A DNA stretch of 58,104 nt, the filler included, from Basidiobolus ranarum (Eukaryota): assembly GCA_040143965.1 (NCBI GenBank). It is 3 parts of 3 records of this genome, joined end to end, with 100 filler letters (N's around TTAATTAATTAA, not from the genome) between each part and the next. Parts side by side here need not be neighbours in the genome. Positions count along the whole stretch, not along the records: positions 38,839 to 58,104 come from JASJQH010000255.1; 2 more parts are not named here. One strand, given 5' to 3'. The notes beneath the pieces are model-generated. The model had not been told where the DNA came from, made no database searches, and saw only the letters and a list, made by a program, of their open reading frames with translations. Below are positions 38,855-52,249 of this stretch, one piece after another (position 1 is the stretch's first letter; each line of letters begins with the position of its first letter). The position numbers and the translations under genes are program-made.

Positions 38855-39048
38855 ACGTGTAGAATGTGTTAAGGGAGGTCCCAGGAACATGTGTGCAAAG
38901 TTTGGGGCTTCTTTGAAGAATCTATATATCGGAGAACTAAGCAAATTCCGATATCGAATAATGGGTGATATCTTAGTATTTAGTTATCCTATATTTCACT
39001 GGGCTATATATATGACTATATAGGTGTTTAGGCAATGCTAATTTCAAC
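38855..39048. repeat. Dispersed repeat family, copy 3 (arm + hairpin with inverted loop + core)
   Basis: TAGAATGTGTTAAGGGAGG...GAATAATGGGTGATATC then TATATGACTATATAGGTGTTTAGGCAATGCTAATTTCAAC, at the contig start. Confidence 0.8.
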
Positions 39049-40149
39049 AATATTCACAGTTGGTACAAATCCTACTAAATATCGCCATTTAGTACTACTA
39101 ATTAAAACTTTATATCTACGTCCGTATTCTACACATATTCCAGTCAGACCACAAGTCAGCGTAATATAAGTCTAAACTAAGCCTAATCTCCGCTATCCTC
39201 TGAGGCTCATTGCCAATGCCATAACATATAATGATGCCAATCCTGCTCCTTCTTCGTCAATTAGAAAGAAAAACCCTAAGCCACCAGGTTTTACCTGGCC
39301 CTTTACCGCCATTAGTAACAGTTCACTTATGAAGTGATGGACTACATGAAGGCCAACTTTCTTTGTATAACTTGCTTCATTGATTCCTTTTTTATCTCTG
39401 TACTATAGGGAGCTAGATGGTATTAGTATATCTTTTCATTCCTTAAAAATCAAACACTTTATATCACCTTTGATATACTCTATATGTGATGCTCAATAAA
39501 GAAAGTAAGAACCTTACCCTAAGCTAGGATATGTAGCAGCTAGTATTGCTAACTTGTGCCAGAAAATTAATCACATCTGCGATAATTCCATGTTAGCTGA
39601 TTTTAGCTTCACAGATGATTGAAATGCTGTCATGAATAAGCATCTCTATAATCATCACTCTTCAATTTCTTTGTATTGTTCCATTCAGCCAAGGTTTTAC
39701 AGTAGGGGTGTACCATGAACACCTCCTATATGAATGTAAGCCTTAGGTACTGGGTGTCAGAATTATTGATTTGAAAGAACTGATAAGTACAATGTCCATA
39801 GATTGTGTACTTACCATGTATAGAGCAGAAGCTTCTCTTTTTTATATTTAATATGTCTGATCTGGATTGGTGCTCGATTAATCTTTATTGCACTAATTCT
39901 CCAAATATTGACAATGACGTTAGTGGCCTATTGTTTTTCATGATAATCACTGCTTTTGGTGCTAAATGGTATTATCTCTGCCAAGTTTTCAAACGAGACT
40001 TGTCTAACAACTAGCCAGTTATTTGGCCCCTAGCAATGATGCTGATGGCAAGATCATAGTTCAGTATTGAAGTTAAGAAACATACTTTATTACTATTAGA
40101 AGAAGAATTTACTCAACTCTTGACGTCGTAGCGTTTAAATAAAAGCCAT

Positions 40150-42962
40150 TTATTCCTTTTCTTTATCCTGTAAAGAAATAAACACTTCTTCTAATGTAGT
40201 GGTAGACAGCCCAAACCCAACCACTCCATAATTTCCAAGCGCACAAATGGTCTCTACTTCCTCGAAGAAATCCGGGTATTTCTCTTGATCCTCATACTTA
40301 TTTGGCAATAAGTAAGTAATAATATGAGGAGAGTTGTCTAGCACTTTGGCTGTTGCTAAATGGGATTGAATAAAGGCAGTGAGGCCTTTTTCGTCAAACT
40401 CATTCTCATTTTGGACAGCGATCAACTGACCTGTCCTCTCGCCATTGGAGGTGGCCTTTTTCGTCAAGCTTAAATGATAACCAACGCCAAAGCGATTCTT
40501 CAAGAAAAGGGAGCTTCCCAGGGTCTGAAGTTTCCCTTTGGACATAATCGCTATTCTATCACCCAATGCATCCGCTTCCTCCATACTGTGAGTAGTTAAG
40601 ATAACCACTCGGCCCTCCTTGCTATCTTGAATGAGTTGCCAGATTTGATTTCTAGAATATACATCCATGCCGGTAGTTGGCTCATCGAGCAGAATGATAG
40701 AGGGGTTCCCTAAAAGAGCGATTGCTAGACTTAGCTTACGCTTCATACCCCCACTATAAGATCCCGATTTTTCGAAGCACTTGTCTGACAAAGAGACATC
40801 CAACATCATTTCAGCTATATACTCTTTTTGTAGCTCCTCCTGTTTACCGGGAATCACGGACCCATTAGAATCGCTTTTACCCAATATATGTAGCCCTCGT
40901 ATGGCTGCGAATAACTCCATATGCTCGACAGCTGAAAAGGTATCGATAAGTATATCGAATTGTGGACAAACTCCCAACATCTTTTGAACTTGGGACTTCA
41001 CGTGGATGTTAGAGCTTCGGTTACGACGTGTGGGCAAGGTTTGACCGAATATTGAGATTGTTCCGTCATCAGGCAGGGTTAAACCCGATAGCATGGAAAT
41101 GGTGGTGGTTTTACCAGCACCGTTGTGACCTAAGAATGCCAATACTTGGCCTCGGTTTAGGTCTAGATCAAGATTATTAACTGCATTGACTTTACGGGAA
41201 CCTTTGCAGAATCCCTTATTTTTCACTTTGAATGTCTTTTTCAAATCGGTTATAAGAATAGCTCCACGGTCAGGTGGAGTAATAAAGCTAACATCTTGTA
41301 ATTCGAACATATGTTTGTCGTCATCGTTGATCTTACTAGCTGCTATTAGCTCAGTGTCCTTTATGGGCGCCGTATTCCTGCTCAGATCAGTGAGCTTGGT
41401 AGATTTCCAGTAACTTTTACAAAACAAAAAGTTCCAGGGCAAAGCGATTCCTTCTTCCCCGGGCTTCAGATGATCTACGTACCATGCGATTAGTAAGTAC
41501 AGCAGAGAATCAACAAACACCATTAGGAAAGTGAAATTCAGCGACAAGTCGTTTGGTTGATTATTCATCTCTGCGATTGTGTCGAAACTGTTCGCCAAAG
41601 AGATGACCCGGCCAAAAGCAATGGGTGAGATCAAGCATAGACAAGAACTTCCGGTGAGGGCAACTGACCCTCTCCATAGCAGTTCATACAATATGGATAG
41701 TGTTATGGAAACAAGAGTCAATAGCAGTCCGGCAAAGGGAGCAGTCTTGGTACTGGTGAAATAGATGGAAAACATGGTGCACAGGGCGATCATTCCCACG
41801 CCATAAAAGATCATTGAACCTAGTATGTAGCCAACAGCGATGGATTTTATGGTTCGGGTGGCGTAGATCAGTATCACTGTGATGATTATGGGGACCAGAG
41901 TAAATGCCAGCAGGTAGAGCCAGATAGTTGCCAAATATATGGTATGACTAAGCCCCATCATTAGCATACTTCCCTTAATCTTGATCTTTTTGTCTATGTT
42001 CAATACCGTCATGTAATAGATGAGCAGTGGTTGAAAAGCAAAGTTTAAGAAAATCAAACTCATAAAGGGCAATACATATTTAATGAATGTATTGTCTCCC
42101 AACTTGGTGTAGGATAGAAAATTCCGTCCGCTACCGGTGGCGATCCTTTTCCCAAATGTGGCCTCCTTTGCTGGTAAGGGTGAAGAAAGTAGGGCTTGTC
42201 CGGATGCCTGACGACGGGCATTAGCAAGCGCTCGCTCTATGTATGCTTGAATAGTAAGCGAGCGAGTTGCAACGTAATCCCTATTGTCTGTTAAGGTGTG
42301 ATTTGTATGGATTTCGTATGCAGCAGACTAAAGATTCGCTCATTAGTAGATGTATCTCTTGAAAATCCTCACTGAATTGTCTTACTTGCGCTCTGTCATT
42401 GGTGGTGAAAGTTACACCAACTACTAAGCTTGATGGATCTTGCGAAAAGTGACTTGCCAACTCATTGTAATCGGCGAACCGTCTCAACGAAACCTCTTTG
42501 GGCTCCGAATAAACGAAGAGTTTTTGAAGATTTGCAAGTATTTCATCGATGGGGCTGTTTGCTATGTAACCCATGTGAACACAGCTGGGCTGGCTTGCGG
42601 AACAAGTGCCTTCCGTGAGAGGTGTTAAAGGCTTTATGTCAATGGCTTCAATTAAGATGAAGATTAGTATCCAAGAAGTGTAGACTAATATACGTGGAGC
42701 AGTTACCAGTCGGGATAGATACGGTTTTAATGATGATCAGGATGACAACCATGTAGATAGGCTAGAAGGTAACTTTATCAATAAGAAGCTGATCAGGGAA
42801 TTCCGACAAATTACTTACAGAGAGTAGCCCATTATACAATGAAACCCTGTCTCGAATTCCGTGAAGGAATTGCTTCTTGAGCAGAGCCTTGAATTGCCTC
42901 CACCTTGAACGTTTGCAGGTGGAGTTGTACCTAGCGTTTGAACTCTTCTTCTCAGTGTTCAT
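40150..42962 (-). CDS. ABCA-subfamily half transporter (TMD-NBD), N-half type
   Basis: N-terminal WRQFKALLKKQFL plus TM; GHNGAGKTTT, LGVCPQFDIL, YSGGMKRKLS, LLDEPTTGMD, LTTHSMEEADALGDRIAIM, GSSLFLKNRFGVGYHL, TTLEEVF. Confidence 0.88.
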
Positions 42963-43767
42963 ATGTCGACTGACTGGTTAAGATCCAGGAGTTGAGATTG
43001 TAAGAAATGATTTGAGCCCAAATAAAGATCCGGATTCTATTTAAGTACGTCCAAAGTTAAAAATAATTCCACGAAAGCGTCGTTCAACCGATCTTCATTC
43101 CAGAGCTCAATCAAATCAGTATTGTGGCACGAGCAGTTGCAGCCTGAAACCTGAAAAGGGAGCTTGAAGTACTTTGTTCAGCTATTGGATTTCTTGGCAG
43201 CGTATGATATCAGTATGATTTCCCTCGATGTGAAAGAGTGGTGATAATTGCTTCAAGGCAGGTTTTTCATCCCTAGACAGCATCAAAATTGGTGCCAAGA
43301 AACCAGCTAGAGCAACGCATTGAGTAACTCACTCTTTAGTTAGATTACTGCTTCCCTAAATAGGCCGGTTTCACCAAATCCATATGGTTGACTTTGCACA
43401 TGTCTAAGTTAAGGAAGGTTAACCTTGTCTCACAAAGTATCCTTAGAATTCATCCACTGGCTATCAAGCATTTTCCCACCGTTATTGTCTCATTTGTGCA
43501 TTGCTTAGTGTCCATTCCGTTTCTTTGGTCCCTTTACAATAGCAAGTTCAGCTATTGCAAATTGATTCAATTTGTATCCTTAGATGGGAAATTAAGAAAT
43601 CTTGGCACTTTGTCCAACACACATCGGAGCGCCGAATCGATATACTACAAAGCACACCTCTGGACTCTACAAGCCAATCAGACTGGATCAATTTCTTTAT
43701 AAGAGCTGCTGCGTACGAAGGACGTTTTTATTAGAATTTAAACTAGCTACTCCCGTAAGCAGTAGCA

Positions 43768-46569
43768 ATGAAGATGTCCTCCCCCAAGCATCGGCCAGTC
43801 TCATTTGGCACTCAGCTAAGACTGAATCTGAGCCTGAATCTTAGACTTGTGTCGCGGAAGATCCTGAGCGAGGTAGTAGGTACTATCTATCTTCGTAAAA
43901 TCTGTACGTCGATATTAGTTTAACTCTGAAGTTGCGTTGAATAGCCATCGTGATCCCCACCGTATGCGTGATTATTGCCGTTATCATAGTAAGTCTCACA
44001 TTCCCTTCCCAGAGGTCAATATCTAACCCATTTAAAGCCGGGTTTAATTTCAGGTGGCCATGACACTCCTGTTGGCACCATTTCGCAGTGAGTGATTGAG
44101 ATTTAGAGTTCACTAGTGACATTTTTCTAACTTTCATTACTAAGATGGTCAATCACCTCTCCATTTATTGCTAATTCTTGGTACTCCTCACCGAATCCAG
44201 GGATTGTAATAGATCAACCCGTTTCTAAGGATGTCTGGTCTCAACGCTTACTACCTAGTTATATTGCAGTTCAAAAACTTCAAAATACTACATTAACCTT
44301 CAATGAGTATGATTCTATCGATGCCCTTATCAAGCAGCGTGACATTCTCGACACACGTACACGAGATGAGAAGATATCACAGCCGGAGACTGTCTCGGAA
44401 TTGGGTTTCGAATTAAACTCAGTAGAAAATGGAAATAGCCAACTCGATTTTGGTTACACTTTATTTTATCAGAGCTACCAAGAGAGCGCGCTCAGTTGGC
44501 TTGTGGCGAATATGGAGGCAGCGGCCCAAAGTGCATATAGTAAAGAACCAGCCAGCGTTTTTATGAGCAATGTCACCTTCAGAACTCTACCGTCCACCGC
44601 TTTGGAAAATGTTGGCTCTGCAGCAGATATTATTCCTATATTTGTTGCTTACGGTACCATCCCAAGTTACTCTTCATCAATTTGAGTGGGTTTTAACAAG
44701 TTATTTTCAAATCTAGCGGTGTCATTTATTTTACTCTTCTACGTCACGAATATGGTACGTGAGCGTGAACATGGACAAAAGCAACTTTTAATCCTTGCGG
44801 GCCTAGATTCACGAGCATACTACCTAGCAGCATTCATCAGAGATATGGTGATTTATCTTATTCCAATTGCAGTATTCTTGATCATGTTACAAGCAGAAAG
44901 AACCCCACTGTTTGTGGAGTCGAGTCCTGCAGGATATGTTTTACTTCTATTATTGTGTGGACCACCATTCATATTATCTGGATATTTGCTTTCATTTATG
45001 TTTGAAAAGAGTAAATCGGTTGGTCTGGTGATAGGCTTTCTATTACTCATCATTGTATTTGCTCCATTCGCGATCATTCGTTTCGCATTTGAAGATCACG
45101 CTAGTATAACCACAGTCAGTATTCTAAGTTTCTTCCTACCTACTTTCGCCCTTCAACGTGGTCTCACAGTAAGTGAATCTCTTCTCCCAACATCATTATT
45201 TCACACCATTTACCATGTCTACTCTAGGAATTGGCAACGGCCTGGTCGAAAGGCTACCCGTATTCGACCTCCATGGTCTTCAGTTTCAAATTTCCGATTC
45301 TACCGATGTTGTTGGCCTTAATTGCCAGCACAATATTTTACGGACTTCTGGTGATATGTTTGGAGCATGCAATAAACGCTCGTATGACCCCGTTGAGCTT
45401 GATTAAAAAATTATTCCGTTCAAAAGATCCGGTGGATCACATGTTAGTCCAAGAGACTAAAGTTGACTTTACCAAACGGTATTCAGACGAAGAAGTAGCG
45501 AATGAGAAGATTAGAATCCTAGAGAACCGAGATGAAGATGATACCATGCATATTCAAGCACTATCTAAGGAATTCCCATTGCAATATTCGAATCGGCGTA
45601 GAGCGATCATTAATGATTTGTGGCTCACTTTGAGACGTAATGAATGTTTAGGCTATCTGGGTCCTAATGGTGCCGGTAAAACTACCACCATTAAGATGTT
45701 AATCGGCGCTTTGAGTCCGACTTCTGGAAATGCTACCATTGAGGGGTACTCCATCGTTCCTTATTCTCCTCAATTAAAGCAACTCGTCGGTGTCTGTCAG
45801 CAATTTGATGTTTTATTCCCGGAACTGACCGGTAGGGAACATCTACGCTTATTTGCCAGATTACGCGGTACCATCAATGTTGAAGAAGCAGTTAAAACAA
45901 CCATTGAAGAAATGTGCATACAAGAGGTAGCCGATCAAAAATGTAAAGGTTATAGTGGAGGTAACAAAAGAAGGCTAAGCATCGGTATGGCGGCCATTGG
46001 ACATCCCAAAATTTTGTTTCTCGATGAACCTACCACTGGAGTGGATGTCCATGTTAGACAATCTATCTGGAAAGCCATTCGAGAACTAAAGAAAAACACT
46101 AGTATTGTTTTGACCGTAAGTTGAATTTCTCTTTCAGTCATGATTTTCACTTACTAATCACCTCGTAAATTTCAACTAGACTCATAGTATGGAAGAAGCC
46201 GATGCACTCTGTGACCGAATTGGGATCACCGTTAATAGTCAACTAGCTGCTCTTGGTACTCCCCAAAGATTAAAGAATGTCTACGGCAAAGGATACAAAG
46301 TCAATGTTCGCACTGGAACTACCAATACAGTGGAATCCGTGATTCAAGGGATATTCCAAGAATTCGGAAGTGTTCGTGAACAAGTTAGATTGGTACGTAG
46401 ATTAGGATGCAATTTAGAGTTTGAGATTGAAGGTAGTTCTCTTGGCAAGATCTTCAAATTTCTTCACAAAATCCGAGTTTCTTTAGATATTGTCGACCAT
46501 GCCGTAGCACAAACTACTTTAGCTCAAGTATTTGTGGAATTTGCCAAACAACAAGGGATTGAGAACTAA
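43768..46569 (+). CDS. ABCA-subfamily half transporter (TMD-NBD), C-half type
   Basis: Spliced start MKMSSPKHRPVSFGTQLRLNL...VVAIVIPTVCVIIAVII; MVREREHGQKQLL; GPNGAGKTTT, YSGGNKRRLS, FLDEPTTGVD, GTPQRLKNVYGKGY, QTTLAQVFVEFAKQQ. Confidence 0.88.
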
Positions 46570-47029
46570 ACTTTTAACTATTTTGCCACTCCTATTTTCA
46601 TTCAAGTATTTAACATTGGATTCATTTTTATTATGCCAAATATGCCTTAATTCTGTATACGGCATCTAGTTTTATTCTATCACTCTACTTAATATAATCT
46701 AGAATGTACAGCCTTAACTCTTATTAACGTTAAGACTAGTCAAAGCTTTCGGAATTTCAGTAGTAGATTGTTACTTCCTGTATTCAACGAAAACATTGGA
46801 GGTAGTTGAGTTCACTAGAAAATACTGTTAAAAGTAAATCATGAACCTATCTTACCCTTTTATTGTGTAATATGCGAGTAACCAACTTCACATCAAACCA
46901 ATGATGGATGATGCAAATGCTCTGTGGAGCAGTAGTATTGAAAGTCCTTTGTGGATAACCATCTCATTGTCCCCTAAGAGCTAGATGTTACGTATATCTG
47001 GGATGACCTGGTCCAATGTGTAGTTGGTC

Positions 47030-47750
47030 TCTATTTTTATCCCTCAGCTCAGTCTAGCGGTGAGTGGCTATGCATCAATTACAATAGTTACATGTAAAAG
47101 CTGCGATGTGAGTAATCTGAAAGCTTGAAATCAATTGGGCTGATTTCATTTGATACATATTCTAACGATATTGTTGTGAGAATGACTCCAGACAGATATT
47201 ATCTTACTCTTGAAGCAGATGGGGAACATACTCAAATATATATTGATGCGTTTGATAATGGGAGGTATCTAGGATCTGGAAGTATAGGTAGGTGTACACC
47301 ATCGAAGCAGAATGGATGGCTGGATATTTCTTAGGGTTTGGCGTACATATCAAGAAGATCTTAGAGATAACGATTTAGAATTGAGCAGAACATATATGGA
47401 TATAGGTTCAGGCTTAATTATTCCTAAATTTATTTTATCGATGAAGACTACAAATTTAGTCAATGCTTATCGTACTTTAAGTAGATTATAAATATATATA
47501 CAGACGGCTAGATCTCAACTCCTAGAAAGTATGCCAGTACTATTTATACATCGAATTCTTCCATATACGGATGGCTATCTATATTTAGCAAATAACCAAA
47601 AGATATTGAGTGGAAGAATGCAAGTATTTAGGTGTTTGATTTGGAAACAATCATGATTAGAAAAAGAGAGGATCATTGCTAGTTATAAGATGCCGATTGA
47701 GAAAGATCCTATTGTCCATGGAACTGGATTACCTTGTTTGACATTTCATA
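47030..47750 (+). pseudogene. Possible degenerate FBXO21/SirB1 (transglutaminase-like)-type gene relic
   Basis: Short frame IVVRMTPD...TQIYIDAFDNGRYL resembles the YIDxFxxGxxL motif; surrounding frames are interrupted by stops; boundaries are approximate. Confidence 0.3.
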
Positions 47751-50700
47751 ATAATATCACTAAACCAAAGATCCTGGACTTGGTCAATGGTGCTATATGA
47801 AAGCCATGACAAAAAATAGATAGTGTAAATTACGTACAAATAAGTGATAAGATAAAGCCAGAGTTCATGGTTAGAGCACTAGATGCGTTTAGGCCTATTT
47901 CTGTCCATAGATGGAAACACACCGACATTAAAGGCTTGATTCTGTCAAAATAATGGATAGAATCTCTTTCACTAGCAGAAAGGTACACATAAATATACTT
48001 CTTTAGTACTGAGAGAAGTATGAGTACCTTTCTTGATATTTGATGATAAATTTGGATTATTTCAACTTTGCTCTTTATTCCCTCGAAAGATAGGTTTCCA
48101 ATGTGACAAGCTTGGCATACGAAATACTTGTCAATTTTTTCAAAGTTTTTCAACAATGATACATACTTTATTCTAGCCTTCAAAATAATCTAGCCCCTGT
48201 ATTCCAGATACATTGGTCATAAACTTTGTATAATTTACAAGATATAGTGTGCGCATGAGTAGTATGCTATATGAGTATATATGTTCATACCATATTTGAT
48301 CAATATATCGTCTCTTCATTAATGGTGAAATGGAATTTCGTTTAATCTCATGTGCAATCATTACTTCTCACTATGCTGAAGAGGTATTGAAAGAAATAAG
48401 CAATTTTTTTACGTAGCGTATAGAATTCAGTATAAATCATTGACCTAGTCCAATTTGAAGTTTCTAAATCAGAGAAGGAATATTTTAACTAAATCTTACT
48501 TCATTATAAGATCTAGATCAATTGTCAAACATATGAATGATGAGAAATCTATAGAACACTCACTTACATCATTCTTGAATTCTTCAGTGAATATTGTAGC
48601 TGAGCCTTAAAAAACACTGATATTATATCAGATATTTATCATAGCACCAGCTTGATTACTCTTAGATTTAGCAATATACCAATTTCCTTCATCTAGCTTA
48701 TAGCAACAATACAAGTGCAAGTAACAGATTTGTTATATAGAATTTGAAGAAGGGAATAGAACACCCTGCTTGCAAGTGAGAAACTGTTTAAAGATAATCC
48801 AATGGGATCAGATGGTTTGTAAGTAGCGATATATAGGCGTTGGAAATGGAACCTAATGTTGCCAAATTTGGAAATGGAAACTGAATCTACAGTTCGGAAT
48901 ATTCTAATCTAAAAAGATTCCCAAGTATCCAATCCATCTACCGCATTTATTCGAAATTTGGAAAGCTCTTAATGCATGACAATGAAGCAGTAAGACTTGA
49001 TTGATGTAACAAACCTAAGGTGGTTTAGGTCGCACGAGGTAGAGAGCTCTGATAATAACAAACATTTTCTTTGCCATCCATAGACTCAATTCTGTTCTGA
49101 TCAAATCTACCAGTATTAGGATGCTTAAACGCTAACGAGATGGATGCTTTCCAAAGAACACGACAATGGCCATTCGACTATCTTACCTGGTTGTACAAGA
49201 TCCTCTAAATTGGAAACCAAATCCACAGAAAACTTGTCAATAACGTATTAGATAAACACTAACAATCATGCAACTTGAACAGTTTGAGATGATGTCATAA
49301 AGATTTTAGACACGCATTATCTAGATATCGGTTTAGAAAACTAACTCTCAGCAGAAATCAATACTATCGAAGCTCTCCATCGACTGCTTCATTTATCATG
49401 CTGAATACCATGATTTTCGTAAATATCTAAACTGACAATAAGTTGGCCTTTAACCAATAGTTATTTAGGCCTCAGCCCTACTCTTCAACCATTCTCTGTC
49501 GCTGAATCATCACCAACAACAAGTAATCATGAGCAATGCATTAATCATCCAAGCAATGCCTGTCAGAGCCACAAAGCCAGTAGCTGTACCAGCGCACTCA
49601 TTAGCCTTTTAGTTTGGGAGTATGTCCTGTTGATTTGTGTAAATTGCAAGCTACTCGGGTACCCGTCCTTTCACTATGCTCGTTTCGTCTAATGAGAATG
49701 AGAGCAAAGCATTCCAGAATTATGATTACCCTGCATCGGGGAAACTCAGTATATGACTGCCGTTTGAGGACCTAAATATAGACAATTCCTTTTCGTGATG
49801 GTTCCCTTATCCTAAGGATAGTATTCATTATCTAAGCAATCTGTTGAAAGTACACACCAACAGTCAGGGAACAAAACTATACCTCGATTAACGTTGATAG
49901 TGGGTATGATTGGTTAACTATTTATATTACTAATCTCGCTAGCGAATCCATTGACTGGTATTGATCCAATTAACTTTCAGCAACTACGGACATAATCCAA
50001 CGTTTAATATATCCAATTAGTTTTGCTCGTGCCTCTAATTTACCCTGAGTACCAGGCCGGAAGACGCGAAATCTTTCCATGAGGTTTCTCCGTTTCCAGT
50101 GTAGTGCAAATCCCGCCTTAACCCTTACTCCTAAAACCAACCTCTCAAGGGATGGTTTCAAGCTCTCACACACTATTTCGCAATCCTCGCTTATGATTGT
50201 CAGCGTAGGGAAAGTGCCAAATATGGGACTCTATGAGTCACTCAACGCTGTCCATACAACACTCAGTATTAACTTCGAACACCACTAGCTCCTCTAGTGT
50301 GCAAATTAAATTTGAGGTATCAGTCAAGCCAAGCAATCCGCGAGTAAAGCTTAGCAGAATGATAAGCTTACTAATACCTACTAACCAGTGCTTATTTATT
50401 TCATGAAACTAAGAACCCGGTTTCTCCGAGTATTTTCAAAATCCGTTGATCCAGGTATTTGGGAATCCATGGATCGTGTACAGCTATCGCACCTAGTAAG
50501 CGATGATTTCAATCTGCTTTTCCCGGTGATCATACCGGATCAAGTTGATAGACTCAAGGTGTGACCGAAACCTCTTTCACCCCAATGGGTGCTGATCGGG
50601 GGATATAACTGATTAGTCCAACCCGAATGAGTTGGATTAGAGATGGAGGGGAGGGGAGGGCAGAGATTGCGGAAACGAACACTGGAGGAGCGCCTATCAA

Positions 50701-51088
50701 GGAAGCGGAATAGGATTCCAATTGCTCTGCATATATCATGGTGATTCTTATCAAAAGCATATCAACAATATAGGATGAGTAATCGATTTTATATACCATA
50801 TACTAATTAGAGTTAGTCGACCATAATACTACCAAAAGCGTTGCCAATTAAATCATAATTCGGTCAAATAGATTCAGCATCGCGGGTGTTCGGAGAAATT
50901 CTAGAAAATCTATCAATCCATTCATGATAGCAAAAAAATGAGGTGATGAAAATTCCATACTTATATAAGGCCTCGTCCTTTGCTTAATGAACGATCACCA
51001 AGCTCGCACAACTCATCTGAGCTCTATATATCTGACTTCAATTCAGACGGTTCATTTCTATATTTCTTCAACCACTAGCGCTTCAAAA

Positions 51089-52249
51089 ATGCCTTCTGCT
51101 AAACTTGCATCTCCTTACATAAGGAGTCAAATGAATCTTCCTAATAAGGGAATCCATATTCCCTATCACTCTCAAGAGTCCCTACACATTCACAGTGAAA
51201 GCGATTCCAACTATTCCACCGTATCATCTGCCTCTTCTTTCGACTCTACCGGTTGTTCTCTTTATAAAGTTCCTAGTAGATTCGTGCTATCTTCATTCAA
51301 GCACAAGAAATCTACATCCCACCGTAAGAGTCCTTTCAATTTTCTTACCAAACACAAAAATCCAAAAAATAGAAAGGAGTTGTTTTTGCCTTTACTTGAA
51401 GCATTGAAAAAACGTAACGCACCTTCTCTGTATGAACTTTATGGTGCTACAACCGATCACGTTTCGACTGGAGCTGGAGGAAGTGTACATGTAACATATT
51501 CCCAACGCGACAACAGGAAATATGCAGTAAAGAGCTTCCGTAAAAGACGCCCTGAAGAGAATGAGCAGCATTACTACGAGTGGATTTCGAACGAAGTGTA
51601 CATTGCTATCTCTTTATCTCACCCAAATATCGTTCAAACAGTGGATGTCGTGTTGGAAAATAACCAAGTACACCAAGTGATGGAATATTGCCCTAAGGAT
51701 TTGTTCACACTAGTCAAAGAAGTTCGCCTCTCACAATCGCAGATCGATAATTACTTCCTGCAGTTAATGCGTGGACTAGCCTATCTCCACCAACGTGGTG
51801 TTGCACATCGTGATTTGAAACTAGAGAATCTCTGTATCGATGAAGAGGGCAATCTCAAGATTATCGATTTTGGATGTGCGTTTATTCTTCTAGATCCATA
51901 TGCCGTCGATAACAAAGCCTTGGCCTCTTCAATAGCAGGTTCGGATCCATACATTGCCCCTGAGGTGTTCACAGGAGCTTCATATGATGCCGCGAAAGCT
52001 GATGTATGGTCAGCAGCAGTTGTTTATCTTTGCATGATTCTTCGTAAATTCCCCTGGGATATCGCTCGTCCCAGTGAGAAGGGCTATGCTCAGTTCTTGC
52101 AACACCGTCATGAAGACAAATTTTTCCGCAAGATTCCATCTGATGCTCTTCCCATCATCAGAAAGATGTTGGACCCCAACCCCGACACAAGAGCAACGGT
52201 CGAGCAAGTATTCCTCGATCCTTGGTTCCAAAGCCTCCTTGATCAATAA
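51089..52249 (+). CDS. Ser/Thr protein kinase, fungal HAL/NPR (Sat4/Hrk1/Npr1-like) family, intronless
   Basis: GAGGSV, YAVKSFR, HPNIVQTVD, HRDLKLEN, IIDFG, GSDPYIAPE; likely start at MPSAK given TATATAA at ~50962 (alternative ATG at 50987). Confidence 0.88.
   Translation: MPSAKLASPYIRSQMNLPNKGIHIPYHSQESLHIHSESDSNYSTVSSASSFDSTGCSLYKVPSRFVLSSFKHKKSTSHRKSPFNFLTKHKNPKNRKELFLPLLEALKKRNAPSLYELYGATTDHVSTGAGGSVHVTYSQRDNRKYAVKSFRKRRPEENEQHYYEWISNEVYIAISLSHPNIVQTVDVVLENNQVHQVMEYCPKDLFTLVKEVRLSQSQIDNYFLQLMRGLAYLHQRGVAHRDLKLENLCIDEEGNLKIIDFGCAFILLDPYAVDNKALASSIAGSDPYIAPEVFTGASYDAAKADVWSAAVVYLCMILRKFPWDIARPSEKGYAQFLQHRHEDKFFRKIPSDALPIIRKMLDPNPDTRATVEQVFLDPWFQSLLDQ

Noticed and set aside
39182-39337. Open stretch PNLRYPLRLIANAITYND...PPGFTWPF following an acceptor-like AAG
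   Set aside because: Could be an orphan terminal exon, but no upstream exon or homology can be supported.
47830-48361. 117-aa and 62-aa minus-strand ORFs
   Set aside because: AT-rich composition without recognisable motifs; probably spurious or heavily decayed.
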